A stretch of 25,010 nt of DNA, taken from IMG/VR virus record IMGVR_UViG_3300002301_000063, positions 1-25,010 of that record; one strand, given 5' to 3'. How positions within the stretch are numbered: the first letter of the stretch is position 1; each line of letters opens with the position of its first letter. Below, piece after piece: positions 17,363 to 25,010 of the stretch. This stretch comes from a virus (taxonomy: Duplodnaviria > Caudoviricetes). Under the pieces are notes generated by a model. The model was not told the origin of the DNA, did not search any database, and worked only from the letters and a program-made list of their open reading frames with translations. Position numbers and translations under genes: made by a program.

Positions 17363-18045
17363 TGCGGCATCATAGTCTGCCGGCGCACGCCGGTCAAATT
17401 CAGCCGATACATGTCCCATTTCACGGCTCCGAGTTGTATCTGGTGAGCCACGAAGATCAGCCATATGTGCCCATGCGGCCGGTCGTCCGGGGAATTGGCC
17501 TTGACTGGAAATCCCAGCATCGTAAGCTGACTGAAACCCGGTTTAGTTCATCCGTGGTCGAGTTGACCATGCAGCTTCCGGGAGACTATCAGCGGCGGGC
17601 TGTCACGTGCATGGCCCTGCGCAAGCTTCCCGGCTGGCTGATGTCGATCGAGCCCCGCAAGGTCATCGATGTAGCCATCCGCGCCAAGGTCATCGAGTAC
17701 CAAAACGAGTGCGATGACGTCCTCTGGAAATACTGGACTGAGGGCGTGGCAGCCAATCCACGTGCCGAGTCGCCAAGCCTGGACCATGACACGCTGATGC
17801 ATTTGAGCAACCACATGCTCTGGTTGCGGGCCTGGTGGTCCGCTCATGGTGACGCAATCCGCAGCCTGAACCCGAATATGGGGGCCGCACTCCACGATCA
17901 TTTCATCGAGGGCGCGATGTCGGCGTGGGAGGTAGCCCGTAAAGTCGGATTCACCTTTCCGCAGGCATACGCCCAGGCATATCCGTGGCAAGGGAGTTCT
18001 CAAGAGCGCCTGGCCTACTTCAACCGCATGGCAGTTGCCGGCTGA
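17362..18045 (+). CDS. Phage antirepressor with a P22_AR_N domain
   Basis: 'VPFHGSELYLV...PYVPMRPVVRGIGLDWKSQHRKL...CMALRKLPGWLMSIEPRKV...KVIEYQNECDDVLWKYW' is the P22 Ant N-terminal domain. Confidence 0.92.
   Translation: MRHHSLPAHAGQIQPIHVPFHGSELYLVSHEDQPYVPMRPVVRGIGLDWKSQHRKLTETRFSSSVVELTMQLPGDYQRRAVTCMALRKLPGWLMSIEPRKVIDVAIRAKVIEYQNECDDVLWKYWTEGVAANPRAESPSLDHDTLMHLSNHMLWLRAWWSAHGDAIRSLNPNMGAALHDHFIEGAMSAWEVARKVGFTFPQAYAQAYPWQGSSQERLAYFNRMAVAG
17369..17397 (-). promoter_or_regulatory. Antisense sigma70 promoter inside the 5' end of the antirepressor gene
   Basis: -35 TTGACC (17397-17392), 17-bp spacer, -10 TATGAT (17374-17369). Confidence 0.7.
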
Positions 18046-18055
18046 GGGGGCGTTC

Positions 18056-18139
18056 ATGGATACGACGAAATTCTCGAAGCAGTCGGCGGAACTGCTGGGC
18101 CGGGCCTATGCCCTGCTGGCGAAAGGTGGTGTGCAATGA
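18056..18139 (+). CDS. Putative 27-aa peptide translationally coupled to rha
   Basis: GAGGGGG upstream; MDTTKFSKQSAELLGRAYALLAKGGVQ; ATGA overlap with the rha start. Confidence 0.45.
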   Translation: MDTTKFSKQSAELLGRAYALLAKGGVQ

Positions 18140-18741
18140 CGACCATCCAGTTGGCGAATGTCCAGGGTGAGGCGCGGGTGGATACCCGTGCGATGGCCGA
18201 TCAGCTCGGCAGGAAGCACCAAAACGTCTACGAGATGGTAAAGGATTACCAAGCCGACTTTGAGCAATTGGGAAAGGTCCGGTTTGAAACCGGACCTTTG
18301 ATTGGTAGCAAGACTGGCCAAAAGGAAAAATTTGCGCTCCTGAACGAAGACCAGTGCTACCTGCTCCTGACTTTCTCGCGCAACACTGCGAAAGTCCGAC
18401 AACTGAAGGTCAATCTGGTGAAGGCCTTTAAGCAGGCGCGCCTAGGCGTGAAGCACACGACCGCCCGCGACCGCCTTCCGATGCAACACAAGGTTCTGGA
18501 AATCGGAGTGGACCGGCGCGTGTCGCCCACGGTAGTGCAGGGCAATATCAACCGCTTCATGGGTGTCCGCCGCAGCCGGTATGCGTCGATGTTGCAACTG
18601 GAGCAGGGCATTGGCCTATGCGACAGATATCTCTCGCGCACCGAGACCGCTGAAGACCAGAAGTGCATAAGCGATAACCATGCTTCTATGTATGGCGAGT
18701 CGAGGCAGCTTTCGTTGCTGACCATGGACCCGCCAGACTGA
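18136..18741 (+). CDS. Rha-family phage regulatory protein
   Basis: 'ARVDTRAMADQLGRKHQNV...DFEQLGKVRFET...FALLNEDQCYLLLTFSRNTAKVRQLKVNLVKAF' fits the Phage_pRha family. Confidence 0.9.
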   Translation: MTTIQLANVQGEARVDTRAMADQLGRKHQNVYEMVKDYQADFEQLGKVRFETGPLIGSKTGQKEKFALLNEDQCYLLLTFSRNTAKVRQLKVNLVKAFKQARLGVKHTTARDRLPMQHKVLEIGVDRRVSPTVVQGNINRFMGVRRSRYASMLQLEQGIGLCDRYLSRTETAEDQKCISDNHASMYGESRQLSLLTMDPPD

Positions 18742-18761
18742 ATAGATTTGTAACCCACAGG

Positions 18762-18789
18762 AACCCCGCTTCGGCGGGGTTTTGTTTTT
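18762..18789 (+). terminator. Intrinsic terminator closing the regulatory cassette
   Basis: AACCCCGC-TTCG-GCGGGGTT followed by TTGTTTTT. Confidence 0.85.
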
Positions 18790-18799
18790 GGAGATCCGG

Positions 18800-19774
18800 A
18801 TGAGCGTTGCGCAATATGGCCGTAAGATCTCGCTGATCGTCGGCAAGGACGCCGGTGCAGCGCTGGACCTGTCCGAGTTGCGCATCGTGTTCGATGTGAG
18901 GCGCGGCGATCTGCAGACGCCGAATTCGCTGCGTGCACGTGTCTACAACGTCTCGGAGACGACCCGGCAGCGCATTGAACAGGAGTTCACGCGCATCGTG
19001 CTGCAGGCGGGCTATGCCGGCAACTACGGCATCATTTTCGATGGGAGCGTGAAGCAGGTCCGGCGTGGTCGGGAAAATCAGACCGATACTTACCTGGACA
19101 TCACGGCGGCCGATGGCGACAGCGCCTATAACTTTGCCGTGGTCAACACGTCGCTCGCGGCTGGGTCGACCGTGGAGCAGCATGTCCAGGCCGCATGCAC
19201 TGCGATGGCACCGTTTGGCGTCAGTCTAGATTACATGTTCGAATTGCCGAAGAATCCGCTACCGCGCGGGAAGGTGATGTTCGGCATGGCGCGCGATTTC
19301 ATGCGCGGCGCGGCGCGCACTGCGCAAGCGGTCTGGAGTATCCAGGATGGCAAGGTGCAGCTGGTGCCAGAAACGTCCTATCGCCCAGGGCTGATCCCGG
19401 TCATCACCTCGGAGACGGGCATGATCGGCCTGCCGGAGCAAACACAGAATGGCATCACGGTGAAGATGCTGCTCAATCCATACGTGAAAATCAGCCAGCT
19501 GATCCGACTGGATAACAAAAGCATCCAGCGGTACGAATACAGCCTAAATACTCTGCAGCAGGCGCAGAACTTTCGGGTGGGCCAGCAGGCCAAGATTCAA
19601 GATGACGGCTTCTATTACGTCATGACGGCCGAGCACCATGGCGATACGCGCGGCCAGGACTTCTATACCGATGTAATTTGCTTGGCGGCCGATGTGACGG
19701 TCCTCCCGGACAGCTTCAAAGACAAGCATACGGTGCCGCCCGCCGACGTGGCCATCATCAAGAAGTTTGGTTAG
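18800..19774 (+). CDS. Baseplate hub protein
   Basis: ATG at 18800 after GGAG; 'TPNSLRARVYN', 'LQAGY', 'IIFDG', 'AADGD', 'WSIQDG', 'TGMIGLPEQT'. Confidence 0.85.
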   Translation: MSVAQYGRKISLIVGKDAGAALDLSELRIVFDVRRGDLQTPNSLRARVYNVSETTRQRIEQEFTRIVLQAGYAGNYGIIFDGSVKQVRRGRENQTDTYLDITAADGDSAYNFAVVNTSLAAGSTVEQHVQAACTAMAPFGVSLDYMFELPKNPLPRGKVMFGMARDFMRGAARTAQAVWSIQDGKVQLVPETSYRPGLIPVITSETGMIGLPEQTQNGITVKMLLNPYVKISQLIRLDNKSIQRYEYSLNTLQQAQNFRVGQQAKIQDDGFYYVMTAEHHGDTRGQDFYTDVICLAADVTVLPDSFKDKHTVPPADVAIIKKFG

Positions 19775-19806
19775 TGACAACGATCTTCGATTTTTCTACC
19801 GACTCC

Positions 19807-20550
19807 ATGGATAGACGAGAACGGGTAGCGGACCCAGAAACCGCCTTGCGCGAGGCATTTGACGGCATGCGCAGCGGGATATGGACGGCGCTTCCTTGCA
19901 TTATTGAGTCATTTGACCCGGATGCGCAAACTTGCTCTGCACAGCCCACTATCAAGATGCTGGTCCGCCAGTTGGGCGGGACGATCGCCAGCGTTCAACT
20001 TCCGTTGCTCTTGGACTGCCCCGTGCAGTTCCCTGGTGCGGGCGGCTGCAGCATGACCTTCCCCGTTGCCCAGGGTGATGAGTGCCTGGTGGTGTTCGCC
20101 TCCCGCTGCATAGATAGTTGGTGGCAGTCTGGAGGGATCCAGGAGCAGGCCGAGTTGCGCATGCACGATCTGTCGGATGGCTTCGCCATTCTCGGCTTCC
20201 GGTCTCAGCCGCGTGCGCTGTCCAACATCAGCACCACTAGTGCGCAACTCCGGTCGGATGATGGAGCAACCTTCATCGACCTGAACCCCGGTACCGGAGA
20301 GATTAAGGTGGTCGCGCCAGGTGGCTTTGATGTGGTGGCACCGCACAGCTCCTTCTCTGGATCGGTTCTGGTGAAGGGTGTCTTTACCTTCATCGCCGGT
20401 ATGGTTGGTTCGGCGACGAGCGGGGCCGCCGCCATCTTCACCGGCATCCTGAACGTGGTCGGCCAGATCTCTGCCAATGGCAAGCGCGTGGATGACACCC
20501 ATACCCACACCACCACCACGGCCGGCAACCCGACCAGCAGCGTCAACTGA
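19807..20550 (+). CDS. Baseplate spike (Gp138-like)
   Basis: 'WTALPCIIESFD', 'LPLLLDCPVQFP', 'GDECLVVFASRCIDSWW', 'RMHDLSDG'; C-terminal HxH ('THTH'). Confidence 0.9.
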   Translation: MDRRERVADPETALREAFDGMRSGIWTALPCIIESFDPDAQTCSAQPTIKMLVRQLGGTIASVQLPLLLDCPVQFPGAGGCSMTFPVAQGDECLVVFASRCIDSWWQSGGIQEQAELRMHDLSDGFAILGFRSQPRALSNISTTSAQLRSDDGATFIDLNPGTGEIKVVAPGGFDVVAPHSSFSGSVLVKGVFTFIAGMVGSATSGAAAIFTGILNVVGQISANGKRVDDTHTHTTTTAGNPTSSVN

Positions 20551-20558
20551 GGATTCCC

Positions 20559-20912
20559 ATGCGGTACAGAAAAGAGGATGCCGACGGCGATTACGTCTTC
20601 GGCAGGCAAGAACTCGACTTTCTGACGGACTCGCCAGAGGCCGTCGCCCAGGCCGTCAACACCCGGTTGCAACTGTTCAAGGGCGAGTGGTTCGTGGATA
20701 CCAGCGATGGAACGCCGTGGAGCACCGAGGTGCTGGGGAAGAACACGGCCACCACCTACGACGCCGCCATCAGGCAGCGGATCCTGCGCACGCCTGGTGT
20801 ATTGCGGCTGACCGCTTACAGCAGCTCCGTCAGCGCTGATACGCGCAATCTCTCGGTCAACGCGACCATCGACACCATCTACGGATCAACCCAAGTCCAG
20901 AGCCTACTGTGA
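20559..20912 (+). CDS. Baseplate wedge/sheath-initiator protein
   Basis: 'MRYRKEDADGDYVFG', 'AVAQAVNTRLQLFKGEWFVD..GTPW', 'IDTIYG'. Confidence 0.8.
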   Translation: MRYRKEDADGDYVFGRQELDFLTDSPEAVAQAVNTRLQLFKGEWFVDTSDGTPWSTEVLGKNTATTYDAAIRQRILRTPGVLRLTAYSSSVSADTRNLSVNATIDTIYGSTQVQSLL

Positions 20913-22084
20913 TCACGACGACTGCACCGACCATCGACGCCAATGGCATCACGGCACCGACCTATGCGGATATCTTGGACTTTCTCAAGACCAAGTATCG
21001 TGCGATCTACGGCGAGGACACCTATCTGGAGAACGATAGCAAGGACGGCCAGCTCCTGGGCGTCTTCGCCGCGGCGATCAACGATGCCAATTCTGTGTCG
21101 ATCGCGATTTATCGCTCGTTCAGCCCATCGACTGCACAAAATGAGGCGCTGGCCAGCAACGTGAAGATCAACGGGATCAAGAAGAACAGCGCCAGCTATT
21201 CGACTGTCGATCTGCTGATCACCGGCCAGGCCGTGACCATCAACGGCGGATCGGTCCGGGATCAGAACAACAATATTTGGAACTTGCCGGCCAGCGTGAC
21301 CATTCCGCCGTCCGGATTGATCACCGTCACCGCGACCTGCGCGGCCATCGGTGCCGTGTCGGCTCCGGCCGGGACCATCACCACCATCAACACGCCCACG
21401 CGGGGCTGGCAGAGCGTGACCAATCCTGCTGACGCGGTACCTGGTGCCGAGGTGGAGAGCGATGCGGCTCTCCGTTCGCGGCAAAAGATCTCGACCGCAA
21501 TACCCTCACTGACAGTGTTCGAGGGGATCGTGGGCGCGGTTGCCGGCGTGTCCGGTGTAACCCGGTACCGTGGCTACGAGAACGACACTAACAGCACCGA
21601 CAGCAACGGCATACCAGCTCACTCGATTTCGCTGGTAGTAGAGGGCGGTGATTCAGTGGCCATCGCCAATGCGATCGCTGCCAAGAAGACCCCGGGCAGC
21701 GGCACTTATGGCACGACATCCCAAGTCGTAACCGACATCTATGGTCGTCCCATCACCATCAATTACTTCCGGCCGACGAATGCTCCTATCACTGTAGTCC
21801 TGACCATCAAGGCGCTGAACGGATACACATCTCTGATCGGAAAGGCTGCCCAGCAGGCCATCGTGGACTACATCAACGGAACTGGAATCGGTGGTGGCCA
21901 GGCGGCTTGCGTCGAATGGGATAGTTGTATTTCTGCCGCGAAGTCGGTGGCTGGATCGTCGACCTTCAAGATCGTTTCGCTGGCCCTGACAGGTCCTCAT
22001 GGTGCTGGTACGCCAGATGCCTCGCTGCTGTTCAATGAGGCGGCCAGCGCCACGCTCGCCTCCATAACCCTCAACGTGACATGA
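20909..22084 (+). CDS. Baseplate J-like protein
   Basis: GTG start; 'IYGEDTYLENDSKDGQ', 'ESDAALRSRQ', 'YENDT...GIPAHSI.LVVEGG'. Confidence 0.9.
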   Translation: MITTTAPTIDANGITAPTYADILDFLKTKYRAIYGEDTYLENDSKDGQLLGVFAAAINDANSVSIAIYRSFSPSTAQNEALASNVKINGIKKNSASYSTVDLLITGQAVTINGGSVRDQNNNIWNLPASVTIPPSGLITVTATCAAIGAVSAPAGTITTINTPTRGWQSVTNPADAVPGAEVESDAALRSRQKISTAIPSLTVFEGIVGAVAGVSGVTRYRGYENDTNSTDSNGIPAHSISLVVEGGDSVAIANAIAAKKTPGSGTYGTTSQVVTDIYGRPITINYFRPTNAPITVVLTIKALNGYTSLIGKAAQQAIVDYINGTGIGGGQAACVEWDSCISAAKSVAGSSTFKIVSLALTGPHGAGTPDASLLFNEAASATLASITLNVT

Positions 22085-22085
22085 C

Positions 22086-22748
22086 ATGGCAGATATCAGC
22101 GACTACACGGGCCTGATCACATCGGAACACAACCAGAAGCCGAAATATATGGCCGTGGTTGAGACCATCTGTCAGCCCATGGTTGACGGGGTCAACTTCC
22201 TTTCCACTCTGCCATTTGACTTTGACCTGGATCAGGCGATTGGTGTCCAGCTCGATGCGGTGGGTGAATGGGTAGGCATATCGCGGAACATCACCGTACC
22301 GCTGGCCGGCGTCTACTTTTCATTCGATATTGCTGGTCTCGGATTTGACCAGGGCGTGTGGAAGGGGCCTTTTGATCCGGATACGGGTCTCACGACATTG
22401 GACGATGACACGTACCGCCTGCTCATCAAGGCCAAGATCGGGGCAAACCACTGGGACGGTACCTTGGAGGGATCCGCCGCAATCCTGAACAGCATCTTCG
22501 ATTCAAGCACGCACGTGTTCATCGAGGACCATCAGGACATGTCGATGACCATCGGGGTATCTGGAAAGATCCCATCTCCAGTTTTCTTGGCGCTTCTCTC
22601 TGGTAACTACATCCCCATCAAGCCAGAGGGCGTCAGAGTCTCCATCTCGGTTGTCACAACGGTTGATGGGGCACCGTTGTTCGGCTTCGATATGAACAAT
22701 CAATACGTGGCCGGTTTTGATACCGGTGCGTGGGCACGAATTCTTTAA
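22086..22748 (+). CDS. Baseplate wedge protein (DUF2612 family)
   Basis: 'FDLDQAIGVQLDAVGEWVGISR', 'LDDDTYRLLIKAKIGANHWDG', 'DHQDMSM'. Confidence 0.88.
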   Translation: MADISDYTGLITSEHNQKPKYMAVVETICQPMVDGVNFLSTLPFDFDLDQAIGVQLDAVGEWVGISRNITVPLAGVYFSFDIAGLGFDQGVWKGPFDPDTGLTTLDDDTYRLLIKAKIGANHWDGTLEGSAAILNSIFDSSTHVFIEDHQDMSMTIGVSGKIPSPVFLALLSGNYIPIKPEGVRVSISVVTTVDGAPLFGFDMNNQYVAGFDTGAWARIL

Positions 22749-22757
22749 AGGAAGAAT

Positions 22758-23783
22758 ATGGGAGTCAATCAATTTCTCGCGTTCGGTACCGGTGGCGGTG
22801 CCAACGTCATCGACCAAGTGACGTATTCGGGTCTGGCTGCGCGCACATCGGGATTTTCTTCTGGGACAGCCCAATCTGCCCAACTGAACAAGGTCTGGCG
22901 ACAGTCCAGCATCATTGCAGCCATGATTGGGCAGATGATCGCTGATTACAGCGGATCGGATGCCAACGACGATGGTGATATTTCCACCTTGGAGGCGAAC
23001 TATGTCAATGCGCTGCGAAAGCTTGCCAATGCCAAAATTCAACCAATATCAGCTAGTGTCGCTTCGAACGCGCTGACGCTTTCATATGCGGGGGGGACGC
23101 TCGACTTTCGGAATTCGTCACTGAGCAACGGAGCACCTATTGCCGCGATAGCTATCCCCGGAAATAGCATCACTGTGCCATCAGGTGCGACGCTCGGGAT
23201 GGTATCAGGACAGACTAGCCGATTAGTCTCTCTCGTGGCATATAACGGAGGTAACCCTGTACTCTGCGTAGTGAATATGGCCGGCGGTCTGCAGTTGGAT
23301 GAAACCAATCTTATTTCGCCAACGACCATAAGCGCAGGTGCTAACTCGTCCGGAGTGATCTACGCAGCCAGCGCAGTCTCAGCGAACTCACCGTATCGAG
23401 TCGTTGGTTTCTTGGATATCTCCTGTGTGACCGCCGGGACCTGGGCCTCAGCTCCATCTCTGGTGCAGGGCACGGGCGGGCTTGCACTTAGCGCGCTTTC
23501 CGGTATTGGCTATGGACAGACTTGGCAACACCCGACCCGATCTGCCGGGACTACCTACTACAACACCACCGGACGGCCGATTCTGGTTGGAGCCACCTGC
23601 ACCTCAAGCGGTGGTGGCAATGTGCAGTTCAATGTGGGCGGCGTTGGAACTGCCAGCGTGAACGGTTCTGCATCGGCAACTGGTCAAGGTTTTGGCACCT
23701 GGACCGTTGTGCCTCCTGGCTTCTCCTATTCCCTTTCGCTTGGCGGATCGGCAACGCTGACCGACTGGGCCGAACTTCGTTGA
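22758..23783 (+). CDS. Tail fibre/receptor-binding protein
   Basis: Anchor 'NQFLAFGTGGGANV...SAQLNKVWRQSS'; C-terminal 'GQTWQ...TTYYNTTGRPI...VPPG..Y...WAELR' module. Confidence 0.85.
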   Translation: MGVNQFLAFGTGGGANVIDQVTYSGLAARTSGFSSGTAQSAQLNKVWRQSSIIAAMIGQMIADYSGSDANDDGDISTLEANYVNALRKLANAKIQPISASVASNALTLSYAGGTLDFRNSSLSNGAPIAAIAIPGNSITVPSGATLGMVSGQTSRLVSLVAYNGGNPVLCVVNMAGGLQLDETNLISPTTISAGANSSGVIYAASAVSANSPYRVVGFLDISCVTAGTWASAPSLVQGTGGLALSALSGIGYGQTWQHPTRSAGTTYYNTTGRPILVGATCTSSGGGNVQFNVGGVGTASVNGSASATGQGFGTWTVVPPGFSYSLSLGGSATLTDWAELR

Positions 23784-23791
23784 GGATTGAA

Positions 23792-24127
23792 ATGCAAAAA
23801 TACAAAGACCCGAACGGCCAAGTGCATGAACTGGAGAGCGAGGCATTCGCCTACCTGCTTCCGCCTGGCAGCAAGAAAATTTCGGAAGCGGAGGCTGCGC
23901 AATTGCTGGAGCCGTCCGCGGCGCAGCTGTGGAGGGCTGTACAACTTCAGGCCCGCACTGCGCTTGACAGTAGCGATCTTGTTGCCATCCGCTGTGCAAA
24001 GGCAGGTGTGAAATATCCGGCCGAGTGGCAGGAATACGACGCGGCTCTGCGGGCGATCGTTTCTGCACCGGCCGGCGATGCTGGAATGGCGTTTCCTTAT
24101 CGTCCGGCATACCCCTACGGTACCTAA
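23792..24127 (+). CDS. Tail fibre assembly chaperone
   Basis: ATG at 23792 after GAGGA; 'ARTALDSSD', 'EWQEYDAALRAIV', 'FPYRPAYP'. Confidence 0.75.
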   Translation: MQKYKDPNGQVHELESEAFAYLLPPGSKKISEAEAAQLLEPSAAQLWRAVQLQARTALDSSDLVAIRCAKAGVKYPAEWQEYDAALRAIVSAPAGDAGMAFPYRPAYPYGT

Positions 24128-24909
24128 GGCGCAGCTCTCTCTGGTTGCAACGTCTGATCGATAAAGGTAGCAAATTTTCTAGCACCATATGGAGCCAGAT
24201 GTCCTTGATCCTTATAGATAGGCATTCCAGTTTCGTCCGTCGCTGGGCATTCGGTCTGGCTGCATAAGTATTGGAGTGGTGCCAAAACTGTGACGCCAGT
24301 TTCGCGTGCTATCGCCCTCATGTCTTCTTCGATAAGAAGATACGATTCGAAAAAGTCATCAGATTTGCTTAAACCTCCCTTGCTCACTCGAAACACTGAA
24401 GGAAAGTCTGCAAGTGAACGCCTGATTAAATTTCTAGGATCAAGTTGAGTTGACGTTGGAATTCCGAGTACCAAATAAACTCGCTTTCCCCGCTTCTTGA
24501 AAGAATCCAGATAAATTTTCAGACTTTTCATCGCCGCCCAATAGGCGTGGTTTCGGATTTGAATAATTTCACTTGTTTTACCGTCCTCATACCAGCGCAG
24601 GGAAGATGAAAGATAGCTCACCCATAATCCTGAAATAACTACAGTATTGACCTCGGGATCATTCAAAAATTTGTCCTGTACAAATTCGGTAAAGCCATTG
24701 CATATGGTCCGATCAATCCCGTGGTCATTTTCATTCACAACATGTGGAATTGGGAGGCAACCACCGGCCGTGGCAAAAATTGCAGTTTGATACGCGGATG
24801 GTTTTTCGGAAATGAGCTTGTCTATCCGTGGATAGTATTGCTCCATATTGCTATCACCGATAAACAAGGTCTTGCTCTGTAAATTTGAAGTACGGATGAA
24901 ATAGGTTTT
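24124..24909 (-). pseudogene. C-terminal SGNH domain of an OafA/AT3-SGNH-type O-acyltransferase, interrupted by IS3
   Basis: 'LFIGDSNMEQY', 'GGCLP', 'YKDQGHL'. The frame stays open (KTYFIRTSNLQSKTLFIGDS) up to the IS boundary with no good start codon; visibly AT-richer than the phage genes. Confidence 0.75.
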
Positions 24910-25010
24910 TGAACCGCCCCGGGTTTTGAGGAGGCTCTAACTCTTGAGAGAATAGAGCCATGAACAAGAAATCAAGCAAGTTTTCCCCTGAGGTACGAGA
25001 GCGTGCAGTG
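24910..25010 (+). mobile_element. IS3-family insertion sequence, left end (IS51/IS629-like), truncated by the window
   Basis: Starts TGAACCGCCCCGGG, an IS3-type left inverted repeat, followed by orfA. Confidence 0.88.
24960..25010 (+). CDS. IS3 transposase OrfA (partial)
   Basis: MNKKSSKFSPEVRERAV, a typical IS3 OrfA N-terminus. Confidence 0.85.
   Translation, partial: MNKKSSKFSPEVRERAV

Noticed and set aside
23522-23791. 5' extension of the fibre chaperone ORF, and similar extended starts at 779, 1479, 8840, 18782 and 19678
   Set aside because: These extensions overlap upstream genes or terminators. Downstream ATG starts that fit gene spacing and conserved N-termini, most with an RBS, were used instead.

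Overview
This window is the virion morphogenesis region of a GC-rich, contractile-tailed (myovirus-type) prophage, almost all on the + strand. Gene order: terminases, DUF1073 portal, MuF, DUF2213 protease/scaffold, decoration protein, DUF2184 capsid, neck and tail completion genes, DUF3383 sheath (split by an extra G in a G7 run), tail tube, chaperone pair with a -1 slippery site, tape measure with a lysozyme domain, baseplate genes, tail fibre and its chaperone. Accessory elements are (i) a partial SGNH-hydrolase gene at the left edge, (ii) an LPD3-like putative head-cargo nuclease followed by a cloverleaf-like structure, (iii) a P22 immI-like cassette (two divergent Arc/Mnt genes, a Sar-like antisense RNA, a P22_AR_N antirepressor and Rha) inserted between baseplate genes, and (iv) an AT-richer O-acyltransferase SGNH domain cut by an IS3 element at the right edge. 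The most unusual signal is a non-coding array of five palindromic or quasi-palindromic units at 16627-16805. Each unit reads as a variant of the short palindromic segment inside the neighbouring antirepressor gene (one unit is 19/21 nt identical to it). The Rha gene has its own perfect 27-bp palindrome. Family assignments come from motif recognition and gene order, not from database searches.
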